64,000 nt of DNA from Dyadobacter sp. (GCA_965227755.1 CBDDGG010000003.1:220742-284741), one strand, 5' to 3'; positions 1 through 10,020 are shown, counted from the first letter of the stretch. Numbers and translations: made by a program. The notes: generated from the sequence alone by a model not told the origin.

Positions 1-237
1 ACTCGCCTGCGGCAGCTTTCGCTCGCTTACCGGCTAGACTCGGAAGCGTTCCGTAAAGCTACGAAACTGCAGTCGGTGGAGTTTTCGGTGACGGGCCGTA
101 ACCTGTTTTTGTGGACAAAAGTGGTAGGCATCGATCCGGACACCAACCTGTCCGGAGGGCCCGCCGGCCGCAATATGGATTATTTCAACACTCCGGGCAC
201 GCGTTCCTATTTGTTTACCATCAAAGTAAACTACTAG
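1..237 (+). CDS. SusC/RagA-type TonB-dependent outer-membrane receptor, C-terminal fragment (5' part outside window)
   Basis: Frame +1 is open from base 1 to TAG at 235-237. The translation ...VEFSVTGRNLFLWTKVVGIDPDTNLSGGPAGRNMDYFNTPGTRSYLFTIKVNY* resembles the terminal beta-strands of SusC-like barrels. A SusD-like lipoprotein gene starts 50 nt downstream. Confidence 0.8.
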   Translation, partial: TRLRQLSLAYRLDSEAFRKATKLQSVEFSVTGRNLFLWTKVVGIDPDTNLSGGPAGRNMDYFNTPGTRSYLFTIKVNY

Positions 238-286
238 CATCGCGCCAATCGAAGCATCTATTTCAAAGCATTTACATTGATAAATC

Positions 287-1744
287 ATGATGAAAACGAC
301 GAGAAGGAAACTGATCAAAATCGCCGGCCTGATCCTGGGAGCCGGGCTCATCTCCTGCGAATCACTGGTCGACAACATGAACACCGACCTGAACAATCCC
401 ACCGATGCTTCGGCGAGTTTGATTCTGACCGGCGCCCAACTGGGAAATGTTTCGGTACAGGAAGGTCACCTGGCGCGCGTAGCGGCAATGTGGTCTGGCT
501 ACTTTACCGGCACCGACCGCCAGTACAAGGATATTTATAGTTACAATGTTACCGGCGCTTCATTCAATGACGTCTGGCAGTTCGTATACCAGGGCGTGGT
601 AGAGCAAACCAAGCTGGTGATCACCAAATCCCAGACTACCAACAACCGGCTCGTGCAAGGTATCGCAAAGATCACCCGCGCCAATGCGTTGGGTACCGCG
701 GCCGCCTGCTGGGGTGATGTCCCCTTCTCCGAGGCTGCTGATATTGCCAGGTTCCCCAACCCGGCTTTCGAACCGCAAATCGAAGTCTATCAAAAACTGC
801 AGGCGTTACTGGACGAGGCTATTGCCGACCTGGAATCGGGCATTGGTACCTCTCCAGGGGCAGCCGATATTTTCTTTCAAGGGGATGCCGGCAAGTGGAA
901 GGAAGCCGCTTACACACTCAAATCCCGGTTCTACATGGAAACAAGAGAATATCAGCTGGCCTATGCGGCGGCAGGGAAGGGGATCACAGCCGCAGCGCGC
1001 TCGCTTGTCGTTACGCACGGCAGCACGCTGAACGTCAATGAAAACCTGATGTACGCTTTCATCGCCAGAAACCGGGTAGGGGATATCAATGCCTCGTTGG
1101 CACTGGCACCCCGACTATTGAATCCGGCCAGCCCGGACTACCGCGGTAATGCCAAAACAGACGAAACGGCGCGTTACAATCATCATTTTATCACCGTAAA
1201 TGCCAGTGGTACGCAGATACCCGTTTCTCCCAATACCAATAGCTCGACCACTTCCAGAGGGCTCTTCGGTCAATCGGCACCGTATCCATTGGTTACCTTT
1301 TCCGAGAACCTGCTCACATTGGCGGAAGCTGGGTTAAGAAGCGGCGGATTGCCAACCGGACTGGAAAAACTCAATGCTTTCCGAGCCTATCTGAACACTG
1401 GCGGGGATCTTGACCCGACCTACAAAACTTACACTTACCGGTACGAACCCTATGCGTCAAGCGATTTCGCACCCGGCGGTATGCTCAATAAGGACGGCAT
1501 TCAGGCTGAGCAGGCATTGTTGCGCGAAATCCTGCTGGAAAGGTACCTGACTTTTAACGGGCAGATATTAGGATTTAACGACCTGAGACGGACGAGGAAA
1601 GAAGCTGTGGCCGTGCATTTGTCTGCCAATGCAGGCACCGCTTTGCCCGAACGCATGATTTACAGCGAAGCGGAAGTAAACTCCAACACCAGCGCCCCGC
1701 GCCCGGTCCCGGGGGTATTTGTAAAAACACCCGTAAATCTTTAA
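287..1744 (+). CDS. SusD/RagB-family nutrient-binding outer-membrane lipoprotein
   Basis: 485-aa ORF. The N-terminus MMKTTRRKLIKIAGLILGAGLISC is a lipoprotein-type signal with Cys. It sits directly after a SusC-type gene. The call rests on context and general resemblance, not a computed alignment. Confidence 0.8.
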   Translation: MMKTTRRKLIKIAGLILGAGLISCESLVDNMNTDLNNPTDASASLILTGAQLGNVSVQEGHLARVAAMWSGYFTGTDRQYKDIYSYNVTGASFNDVWQFVYQGVVEQTKLVITKSQTTNNRLVQGIAKITRANALGTAAACWGDVPFSEAADIARFPNPAFEPQIEVYQKLQALLDEAIADLESGIGTSPGAADIFFQGDAGKWKEAAYTLKSRFYMETREYQLAYAAAGKGITAAARSLVVTHGSTLNVNENLMYAFIARNRVGDINASLALAPRLLNPASPDYRGNAKTDETARYNHHFITVNASGTQIPVSPNTNSSTTSRGLFGQSAPYPLVTFSENLLTLAEAGLRSGGLPTGLEKLNAFRAYLNTGGDLDPTYKTYTYRYEPYASSDFAPGGMLNKDGIQAEQALLREILLERYLTFNGQILGFNDLRRTRKEAVAVHLSANAGTALPERMIYSEAEVNSNTSAPRPVPGVFVKTPVNL

Positions 1745-1783
1745 TAAATTGTTTTGTAATCTGCCAAACCGAACCATAACCGA

Positions 1784-4700
1784 ATGATGTTTTCTCAGAA
1801 TCAAAAAATATGGCTGCTGCTTTTCATGCAGGCGGTGCTGTTTACGGTCAAAGCTGCGGCGTCGACGGCCGACTCGGTGAAAGTAACCCTTACAGAAGGG
1901 ACCAACCTGGCGATTGCCCTTTCGCCCGACAAAAACACCATCGCGATGGATTTGCAGGGCACCATTTTCACTATTCCCGCCGGTGGTGGTGCCGCCCGCC
2001 CCCTAACCGACGAGTTCGGCGATTGCCGCCAGCCTGCTTGGGCTCCGGATGGCTCCAAAATTACCTTCCAGGCTTTCTGGGATGGCAATTTTCACATCTA
2101 TTCGGTTGGTAAGGACGGTGGAGTTCCCGTGCAGCACACATTCGGCAGCTTCGACGACCGCGAACCCTGCTGGTCGCCGGACGGTACCCGGCTACTTTTT
2201 TCTTCCGACAGAAGCGGTAACTACGATATCTGGCAACTCGAACCGGCAAACGGCAAGCTCACCCAGCTTACAAATGATCCCGGCAATGATTACTTTCCTG
2301 CATTCTCTCCGGACGGCTCGCAGATCAGCTACGTTTCCGAACGGAGCGCGGCCCCGGGCATTTATATCAGGGACAGCTCCGGCCAGGAGAAACTTTTCCT
2401 CACTACCACCGGCAAGCTCGGTGCCCCTGCCTGGCATCCGAGCCAACCTAAAATCATTTTCCATAATTTTAATGAAGGTAAAACCATGCTGGATATCGCC
2501 GCGGTCGGCGGAGGTGAATGGGTAACCCTTTCCGCCAATGGCGAGGATGTGTTTCCTTTCAAAGTCAGCTGGATTTCCGACACCGAATATCTCTACACCT
2601 CCGACGGCAAGATCAACCGCGGCAAGCTTGGTGAAGGACAAAAAGTCTCGATACCTTTTTCTGCCGGGATGACCTTGGGAAAAAATTCCTATCCATTCAA
2701 AAAGTATGATTTCAATGCAACAAAGAGCCTGCCCGTTAAAGGTATCCGTGGTCCGGTGGTCTCGCCGGATGGCAACAATGTCGCTTTTACCGCATTGGGG
2801 GATATCTATTTGTTAAAAAAAGGGAACCCCATCCCGACACCACTCACCAATGACGAATTTATTGAAATTGATGCCGCATGGTCGGCCGACGGCAAACAGC
2901 TTGCGTACCTGAGCGACCGCAGGGGCGACATGGACCTGTATGTACGGGAAATAGCGACAGGCAAAGAGGCCCTGTTGCTGGATGCCGATAGCCCCCTTAC
3001 GCTGCCATCATGGTCGGCCGACGGAAAGCAAATTGCCTATTACCAAAAGGACCCTTCGGTTTTCGGGCGTTATTCACTCAGGGTGTTCGATATTGTTTCC
3101 GGCAAATCCACAACCGTTTTCGAACCGGTATTCGACGGTTCACAGCCCAGCTGGTCGCCGGATGGCAAATACATTGTCATATCTTCCCTGGTCCCTTACT
3201 CAACCCGCTATCGGGAGGGTGTCAGCAAATTCCTGCTCATTTCGACCGCCGATAAAAGCTACCGCTATGTGACGCCTATCAACGAGAGGACACTCTCCAC
3301 CCGTGGAAAGAACGGGCCGTACTGGTCGCCGGACGGCAGCAAATTCGCATTTTCGATGGACGGTGTGCTCTGGACGGTCGCAGTAGGCGGAAGTGGAGAC
3401 CTGCTTGCCGCTCCTCGTAGACTGACCAACGAGCTGGCGGAAAGCCCGAGCTGGACGGGTGATTCGAAAAGCATTGTATACATGGCGACCGATGTACTCA
3501 AGAAGGTTTCCGTGGTAAGCGGCATCACCGAGACCATTCCGCTAACGCTCAACTACAAGGCACGGCAGCCCGCGGGCCGTTATGTCATTCACGCCGGAAA
3601 ACTCTTTGATGGCAAGACGGACGGTTACCGCAGCAATGTAGACGTGGTCGTCGAAGGTAACCGTATCATTAGCGTAGAGCCGCATAAGCCAGGGCGGGCA
3701 GGGAAACTTGTCGATGCATCCTCCCGGACTGTGATCCCCGGTCTGATCGAAATGCATACACACCAGTCGGCCACTGCGGGCGAGCCGCTGGGCAGGTTAT
3801 GGCTGAGCTATGGGATCACCACGATCCGCGAGCCAGGCGGCGACCCTTACGACGTCATCGAACGGAAGGAATCCTGGATCAGCGGGCGCAGGCTAGGCCC
3901 CCGCGATTTTTATACTGGCGGAATCCTGGACGGCAGCCGGATCTACTACGGGATGAACGTGGGCAATGTTCCCGGCGCACAGCTGGAACTGGAATTGGAA
4001 AAGGCAAAGCGACTCGATTTCGACATGATCAAAACTTACGTACGGATGCCCGACCTGATGCAGCAACGTATCACCGCTTTCGCGCATTCGATCGGAGTGC
4101 CGGTGTCGTCCCACGAAATTTATCCGGCAACGCGCTATGGCGTGGATGCCGTAGAACACATGGGCGCGACAAGCCGCAGGGGGTACTCGCCCAAGCTGAC
4201 GGCCCTGAATAACTCGTATCAGGATGTTACCGAGCTGCTTATCCGGTCAGGAATGAATATCACGCCGACCGCTTCGCTGCAAGGTGGCATGCCTCTGCTG
4301 GTCGAGAAGGACCCCGCTTTCTTCGACCATAAACAATTTGCGGCGTTCTATGGCACAGCTGTCGTCGAGCAGATGAAGGCGCAGACACGTCTGCGGACCA
4401 AGATGAATCCGGCCTTTTTAACTACATTTTCAAATATCCAGAAAACGGTCAAAACCATGGTAGAACGCGGAGGGCACGTCACGCCCGGCACTGATTCCCC
4501 GATTATACATCCGGGGATCAGCTACCATGCCGAATTACAGAGCTGGGTCGACGGCGGCATCTCGCCCTTTCAGACGCTCCGGTCGGCGACGCTGTATTCG
4601 GCCGAGGCACTGGGTGTCGCCAAAGACCTGGGTACTTTGGAGAGTGGAAAGCTGGCCGATATGGTTATCATCGACGGGGACCCGCTTAAAAACATCAAGG

Positions 4701-4819
4701 ATGTCCTTAACGTGCAAACGGTGATCCGGAACGGCGAAATCTTTGGTATTGAGGATATCCTGAAAGCAAGGGTCCAACCGGACAAAGCGGTATTGCAGGG
4801 TTTTCATTCAAGTAAATAA
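1784..4819 (+). CDS. secreted TolB-like PD40 beta-propeller / metal-dependent amidohydrolase fusion protein (copy 1)
   Basis: 1011-aa ORF with signal peptide. The N-terminal ~550 aa carry many PD40-type repeats (P.WSPDG..I.F.SDR.G..D+Y pattern, e.g. CWSPDGTRLLFSSDRSGNYDIW). The C-terminal ~400 aa have amidohydrolase hallmarks (GLIEMHTHQ HxH site, TPGTDSP, GKLADMVIIDGDPL). Confidence 0.85.
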   Translation: MMFSQNQKIWLLLFMQAVLFTVKAAASTADSVKVTLTEGTNLAIALSPDKNTIAMDLQGTIFTIPAGGGAARPLTDEFGDCRQPAWAPDGSKITFQAFWDGNFHIYSVGKDGGVPVQHTFGSFDDREPCWSPDGTRLLFSSDRSGNYDIWQLEPANGKLTQLTNDPGNDYFPAFSPDGSQISYVSERSAAPGIYIRDSSGQEKLFLTTTGKLGAPAWHPSQPKIIFHNFNEGKTMLDIAAVGGGEWVTLSANGEDVFPFKVSWISDTEYLYTSDGKINRGKLGEGQKVSIPFSAGMTLGKNSYPFKKYDFNATKSLPVKGIRGPVVSPDGNNVAFTALGDIYLLKKGNPIPTPLTNDEFIEIDAAWSADGKQLAYLSDRRGDMDLYVREIATGKEALLLDADSPLTLPSWSADGKQIAYYQKDPSVFGRYSLRVFDIVSGKSTTVFEPVFDGSQPSWSPDGKYIVISSLVPYSTRYREGVSKFLLISTADKSYRYVTPINERTLSTRGKNGPYWSPDGSKFAFSMDGVLWTVAVGGSGDLLAAPRRLTNELAESPSWTGDSKSIVYMATDVLKKVSVVSGITETIPLTLNYKARQPAGRYVIHAGKLFDGKTDGYRSNVDVVVEGNRIISVEPHKPGRAGKLVDASSRTVIPGLIEMHTHQSATAGEPLGRLWLSYGITTIREPGGDPYDVIERKESWISGRRLGPRDFYTGGILDGSRIYYGMNVGNVPGAQLELELEKAKRLDFDMIKTYVRMPDLMQQRITAFAHSIGVPVSSHEIYPATRYGVDAVEHMGATSRRGYSPKLTALNNSYQDVTELLIRSGMNITPTASLQGGMPLLVEKDPAFFDHKQFAAFYGTAVVEQMKAQTRLRTKMNPAFLTTFSNIQKTVKTMVERGGHVTPGTDSPIIHPGISYHAELQSWVDGGISPFQTLRSATLYSAEALGVAKDLGTLESGKLADMVIIDGDPLKNIKDVLNVQTVIRNGEIFGIEDILKARVQPDKAVLQGFHSSK

Positions 4820-4833
4820 GCGTCCCAAACATC

Positions 4834-6345
4834 ATGAAGACCCTACTAACCATTGCCCTTTCCTCTCTGATCAGCCTTTCGGGTGTAGCCCAAAGCGATC
4901 GGCTGGTAAGCGAACGGATGCTGCCGGCCATCGAGGAACTGAAAGACTTTGTGGCGATCCCCAATGATGCCCTGGTGGCGGAGGATATTGACAAAAATGT
5001 GGACTGGGCCCGGAATGCTTTCACGAAAAGAGGCTTTGAAACCGCTGTGCTTAAAACGGATAAAATGCCTCTCTTCCTGGCTAAGAAGGCTTTCCAGGGT
5101 AATCACAAGACAGTGCTCTTTTACTTTCACCTGGATGGCCAGGCGGTGCGGCAGCAGGAATGGTTTCAGGAAAACGCCTACGGGACCGTTTTGAAGGAAA
5201 GAGACCAGGCTGGCGCATTCAGCCAAATCGATTGGTCGATGCTCCGGAACGGAAAGATCAACGACGAGTGGCGGCTTTTCGGACGGTCGACTTCCGATGA
5301 CAAAGGTCCTATTATCATGTTTTTGCAGGCCATGGATATGCTCAGTTCACAACAGCAGCAACCGCCATTCAATATTAAAGTGGTTTTAGATTGTGAGGAA
5401 GAAAAAGGCTCCCCTGGGCTCAAAGGCGCACTGGCAAATTATAAAACCGAGCTGGCCGCCGACTACCTGATCGTCATGGATGGCCCCATGCATTCGTCGA
5501 ACCTTCCCACCCTGACTTTTGGCTGCCGGGGCGGTACTGGCTTTTCGCTGACGACCTACGGTGCCATCACCCAGCAGCACAGCGGGCATTTCGGAAATTA
5601 TTCGCCCGATCCGACATTCAGTCTGGCCAGGATAATCGCCTCGATGAAAGATGAAGACGGCATGGTTCTGATAAAAGGCTTTTACGACGGCATCGCATTC
5701 GACGACGAGGCGGCGCGGGTAATGGCTGCCGTACCCGATGTGACGGCTTGGATTAACGAGAGACTGCAAATCGCAGCAGAGGAAAAAGTGGGAAAAAACT
5801 ATCAGGAATCGATGCAATACCCGTCGCTGAATATCCGGGGCCTGAAAGCGGCAGTGGTCGGGAAGGGAGGTGGCTCGATCATACCGGAGCAGGCCATTGC
5901 CGAATTTGGCATCAGGCTTGTGCCTGAAACAGACGGAAAAAGAATGACCGGACTTGTAAAAACACATCTTGAAGGGTTGGGTTACCAGGTTATCGACCAT
6001 GTCCCAACCAAGGCTGAAAGGTTACGGTATTCCAAACTGGTTTTTATGGATGGCGGCGGGGGCGGCTCCCCGGCTTTTCGAACCGAAGTTAGCTCGCCGA
6101 TAGGGGACTGGCTGAAAAAATGTATGAAAACGGCTTTTCAGGCCGATCCCGTCATTATACGCATCATGGGCGGCTCGGTGCCGGTAGTACCTTTCATCCA
6201 GACCCTCGGCGTGCCTGCGGTGATTGTACCGCTTGTGAATATGGACAACAACCAGCATAGCCCCAATGAAAACCTCCGGCTGGGTAATCTCAGGTCCGGT
6301 ATCAAAACCTGCTATTCAATTTTAACGACACCTATTGATCAATGA
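4834..6345 (+). CDS. secreted M20/M25/M40-family metallopeptidase (dipeptidase-like)
   Basis: 503-aa ORF with signal peptide MKTLLTIALSSLISLSGVAQS. M20 hallmarks are present: FHLDGQ, GRSTSDDKGP, DCEEEKGSPG. Its stop overlaps the next gene's ATG (ATGA at 6342-6345). Confidence 0.85.
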   Translation: MKTLLTIALSSLISLSGVAQSDRLVSERMLPAIEELKDFVAIPNDALVAEDIDKNVDWARNAFTKRGFETAVLKTDKMPLFLAKKAFQGNHKTVLFYFHLDGQAVRQQEWFQENAYGTVLKERDQAGAFSQIDWSMLRNGKINDEWRLFGRSTSDDKGPIIMFLQAMDMLSSQQQQPPFNIKVVLDCEEEKGSPGLKGALANYKTELAADYLIVMDGPMHSSNLPTLTFGCRGGTGFSLTTYGAITQQHSGHFGNYSPDPTFSLARIIASMKDEDGMVLIKGFYDGIAFDDEAARVMAAVPDVTAWINERLQIAAEEKVGKNYQESMQYPSLNIRGLKAAVVGKGGGSIIPEQAIAEFGIRLVPETDGKRMTGLVKTHLEGLGYQVIDHVPTKAERLRYSKLVFMDGGGGGSPAFRTEVSSPIGDWLKKCMKTAFQADPVIIRIMGGSVPVVPFIQTLGVPAVIVPLVNMDNNQHSPNENLRLGNLRSGIKTCYSILTTPIDQ

Positions 6346-9300
6346 CCCGTTACCTGCAAGCGCGTTCAATCGTTTTTAAGTTAATGTCTGCCAGCACAAT
6401 TATTATGCTGGCGGGCATTTTGCATTTAACGCCGGTAGCCAAGGCTTCTACGCCGCCACCTGCCGATTCCGTGAAGGTTACGCTCACCGAAGGTACCAAT
6501 ATGGCCATTGCGCTTTCACCCGACAAGCAAACGATCGCAATGGACCTTCAGGGGACGATATGGATACTGCCGGTAACCGGTGGAAAAGCGAAAGCCATTA
6601 CCGACGCGCTCGGCGATTGCCGGCAACCCACATGGTCCCCCGACGGGACCCGGATTGCCTTTCAATCCTACCGGGACGGTAATTTTCACATCTGGAAAGT
6701 CAATAAGGACGGCAGCGGGCTCAGCCAGCTTACCGCTGGCATCTACCATGATCGCGAACCCTACTGGTCGCCCGACGGTACCTCGGTCATATTCTCTTCC
6801 GACCGCAGCGGCAACTACGATATCTGGAAACTTGTTTTGGAAACCGACAGCCTCGTGCAGTTGACTGATCACCCTGGCAATGATTACTTCCCGGCTTTCA
6901 GCACGGACGGCAAAAGCATCGCTTATGTATCCGAGCGCGCCACCGCTGCGGGCATCTATGTGAGGGACCCGGAAGGCAAGCATCAGTTGTTTGTTCACAG
7001 TAAAGAGAAACTCGCTTCTCCCGCATGGCATCCCGACGGCCTGCATATTATCTTCAATAGTCTCACCGCCGGGGCAAGCCAGCTTGAAATGGTAAAAACG
7101 GGAGGTGGTGATTGGCAAACCCTGTCACAGGACGTGGAAGACGTATTTCCGTTCAGAACAGCCTGGGTTTCACCGACAGAATACCTGTATACGGCCGATG
7201 GACTTATCAAGCGCGGAAAAACAGGGGTCAGCACTACGAAAACGATCGCTTTTACAGCGGAGGTAACGCTTGCCAGAGACAGGTATGCTCCTAAAAAGCG
7301 CAACTTTGATGCTGCCGTACCCGTACCCGTGCAAGGTATCCGGGCGCCAGTGGTTTCCAACAGCGGCAAGTTCGTAGCGTTTGCTGCGCTGGGAGATATC
7401 TGGGTGCTGGAAACCGGGAAATCCAGGCCGGTACAGATCACCAACGACGTATTCATCGATATTGACCCGGTCTGGTCTCCCGACGGCAAGTGGCTGGCCT
7501 ATACCAGCGACAGGAACGGTAATATGGATCTCTGGATCAGGGAAATAAGCACGGGGAAAGAGGTATGCCTGCTGGATGCGACGGATAATCTGAAATTTCC
7601 CAGCTGGTCGGCCGACGGTGCCCGGATCGCATTCTACCAGGCTGACCCGAATGCTTACAGCCGTAGCAGCCTCAGCGTGATCGATGTTAAAACCCGAAAA
7701 GTCCAGACCCTGTATGATGGATTGTTCGAAGCCTCGCAGCCTAGTTGGTCGAAGGATGGTAAATACCTGGTGGTCTCCTCACTCGATCCGTATTCCAGCC
7801 GTTTTCGTGAGGGGATCAGTAAATTCCTGGTCATTGCGTCCGATCGGTCCGGGGCGCGTTTTGCCTCCCCGGTCCCGGGACGCTCGCTGGCCACGCGCGG
7901 TAAAAATGGTCCGGTGATTTCCCCCGACGGCAAGGCGATCGCCTACATCCTGGATAATGTACTCTGGACCGTCCAGGTGGATGCCCGGCTGAATATTCTT
8001 GGGTCGCCGGTTCAGCTGACGCACGAACTCGCGGAGAATCCCAGCTGGACGGGTGATTCGAAAAGCATTGTCTTTCTGGCAACCGACAAGATCAAAAAGG
8101 TCACCGTCTCGGACGGACGGATTGAGGCCGTTAATATGGAATTTAACTGGAAACCCCAACAGCCGGAGGGCCGGCAAGTGATCCACGCGGGAAAGATTTT
8201 CGATGGCGTATCAGACAAATACATAGAGAATGCCGACATCGTCATCGAGCGGAACCGTATCACGGAAATTGTGCCGCATCAGGCAGGCCGGAAAGAAAAG
8301 GTGATCGACGCTTCCCGGCAAACTGTGATCCCTGGTCTTTTTGAAATGCATACCCATCAAAATGCCCAGTTGGGCGAAAAAGGTGGCAGACTGTGGCTGG
8401 CATATGGGATTACTTCCATACGGGAACCCGGAACCGATCCCTACGACGCATTGGAGCGAAAAGAGTCCTGGGCCAGTGGAAAGCGTCTGGGACCAAGGAG
8501 TTTTTTTACGGGCGGCCATATGGAGGGCAACCGCATTTATTACAACCGAAACACCAGTAACGTAGCAGGCGCTCAGCTGGAACTGGAGCTTGGGCGCGCG
8601 GTCACGCTAGGCTACGATATGATCAAAACTTACGTGGGGTTACCAGACATTTTGCAAAAACGTATCACGGAGTTTGCCCATGCGCACGGCTTGCCGGTGT
8701 TATCACATGAGATATATCCGGCCGCGGGTATTGGCGTCGACGGCGTAGAGCACATAGGAGCAACGAGCCGGCGGGGATATTCGCCCAAACTGACGGCGTT
8801 GAACAGGAGCTATCAGGATGTGTTGGCCCTGACGGCACAATCCGGCATTTACATGACGCCGACCATTTCCCTTCACGGGGGACTGAATGCATTGGTATCC
8901 CGCGACAGTTTGTTTTTCGATCACTGGCAGTTTCCGGCATTTTATTCCGAGAAGCAAAAGCAAGAACTCCGGTCTGCCGCCGCGAGGGCTCGCGGATCGA
9001 ACAGAACCTATCCAAACATTGAAAAAACGATCGTCCGGCTGATGCGGTCGGGAGCCAGGCTGACGCCGGGAACCGACTCTCCGATCATACCGTCGGGATT
9101 AAGCTATCATGCCGAACTCCAAAGTTGGGTAGCAGCCGGGCTTTCACCTTTTGAAACCTTACGCGCTGCCACCCAATGGTCGGCCCAACAGGCAGGGGCT
9201 GGCGACGACCTGGGTACGATCCAACCTGGCAAGCTCGCCGACCTGGTGATCGTCGAAGGCGACCCGTTGAGGCAAATCAAAGATCTTCTGAATGTAAAGG

Positions 9301-9356
9301 CGGTCATCAAAAACGGGCAATACCTGGATATAAAAGTCCTTACAATAACAAAATGA
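6342..9356 (+). CDS. secreted TolB-like PD40 beta-propeller / metal-dependent amidohydrolase fusion protein (copy 2, paralog of 1784-4819)
   Basis: 1004-aa ORF, colinear with copy 1. Hand count gives 59/84 identical residues over DSVKVTLTEGTN...KDG. It has the same PD40 repeats and the same amidohydrolase motifs (GLFEMHTHQ, TPGTDSP, GKLADLVIVEGDPL). The true start may be an internal Met (MSASTIIML...). Confidence 0.85.
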   Translation: MTRYLQARSIVFKLMSASTIIMLAGILHLTPVAKASTPPPADSVKVTLTEGTNMAIALSPDKQTIAMDLQGTIWILPVTGGKAKAITDALGDCRQPTWSPDGTRIAFQSYRDGNFHIWKVNKDGSGLSQLTAGIYHDREPYWSPDGTSVIFSSDRSGNYDIWKLVLETDSLVQLTDHPGNDYFPAFSTDGKSIAYVSERATAAGIYVRDPEGKHQLFVHSKEKLASPAWHPDGLHIIFNSLTAGASQLEMVKTGGGDWQTLSQDVEDVFPFRTAWVSPTEYLYTADGLIKRGKTGVSTTKTIAFTAEVTLARDRYAPKKRNFDAAVPVPVQGIRAPVVSNSGKFVAFAALGDIWVLETGKSRPVQITNDVFIDIDPVWSPDGKWLAYTSDRNGNMDLWIREISTGKEVCLLDATDNLKFPSWSADGARIAFYQADPNAYSRSSLSVIDVKTRKVQTLYDGLFEASQPSWSKDGKYLVVSSLDPYSSRFREGISKFLVIASDRSGARFASPVPGRSLATRGKNGPVISPDGKAIAYILDNVLWTVQVDARLNILGSPVQLTHELAENPSWTGDSKSIVFLATDKIKKVTVSDGRIEAVNMEFNWKPQQPEGRQVIHAGKIFDGVSDKYIENADIVIERNRITEIVPHQAGRKEKVIDASRQTVIPGLFEMHTHQNAQLGEKGGRLWLAYGITSIREPGTDPYDALERKESWASGKRLGPRSFFTGGHMEGNRIYYNRNTSNVAGAQLELELGRAVTLGYDMIKTYVGLPDILQKRITEFAHAHGLPVLSHEIYPAAGIGVDGVEHIGATSRRGYSPKLTALNRSYQDVLALTAQSGIYMTPTISLHGGLNALVSRDSLFFDHWQFPAFYSEKQKQELRSAAARARGSNRTYPNIEKTIVRLMRSGARLTPGTDSPIIPSGLSYHAELQSWVAAGLSPFETLRAATQWSAQQAGAGDDLGTIQPGKLADLVIVEGDPLRQIKDLLNVKAVIKNGQYLDIKVLTITK

Positions 9357-9459
9357 TACATTATACTGTAAAGTATTTGCGATACAATTTATTATATTTA
9401 ATAAAATGATTTTTACGGAATAATATTTTGGCAATATTGCTATTTCAACGATAAAAAAT

Positions 9460-10020
9460 ATGAATAAATCAACATTTTCCGATGACCAGCTCGTTGAACT
9501 GATCGCGGCGGACGATACAGAGGCATTCAAAATATTGTTTAACAAATATTATTCGACCCTGGTCCGAATCCTGATGCGCTATTCGGATGACTCTGAGCTG
9601 ATCAAAGACTGGGTCCAGGATATCTTCGTAATGCTCTGGGAAAGCAGGGCGCAGCTTCAAGGGCATCAGATCGTCAACTTTAAGGCCTACTTTATTGTGA
9701 TGGCGCGCAATTATGCGATCCGTGTACTTTCCAGAAAGAAAAAAACCGTGCTGGTTTTCTCCCGGGAAACGGACTTGTGTGATGTCCCGGACAATACCCT
9801 CTGTGAAAGCCTGGACGAGGCGGAGCTGCGACTAATGCATGATGCCGCGCTGGCCAAGCTTCCTCCAAAGACGCAACAGGCTTACCTCCTTAACCGGCAC
9901 AAAGGACTCACCTACGGTAAAATAGCAGAACGAATGGGGATCTCTGTCAAAACTGTCGAAGCCCATATTTCCCGGACTATCGCATTTCTACGGCAGGAAC
10001 TGGTCGTTTATTTGCGTTAA
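9460..10020 (+). CDS. ECF-type RNA polymerase sigma-70 family factor (no adjacent anti-sigma gene)
   Basis: 186-aa ORF. Region-2-like segment: DDTEAFKILFNKYYSTLVRILMRYSDDSELIKDWVQDIFVMLWE. Region-4 HTH: LTYGKIAERMGISVKTVEAHISRTIAFLR. Preceded by a ~100-nt AT-rich gap. Confidence 0.85.
   Translation: MNKSTFSDDQLVELIAADDTEAFKILFNKYYSTLVRILMRYSDDSELIKDWVQDIFVMLWESRAQLQGHQIVNFKAYFIVMARNYAIRVLSRKKKTVLVFSRETDLCDVPDNTLCESLDEAELRLMHDAALAKLPPKTQQAYLLNRHKGLTYGKIAERMGISVKTVEAHISRTIAFLRQELVVYLR

Noticed and set aside
34-402. 122-aa minus-strand ORF spanning the SusC 3' end and the SusD start
   Set aside because: It overlaps two well-supported plus-strand genes and their intergenic gap. Its translation has no features.
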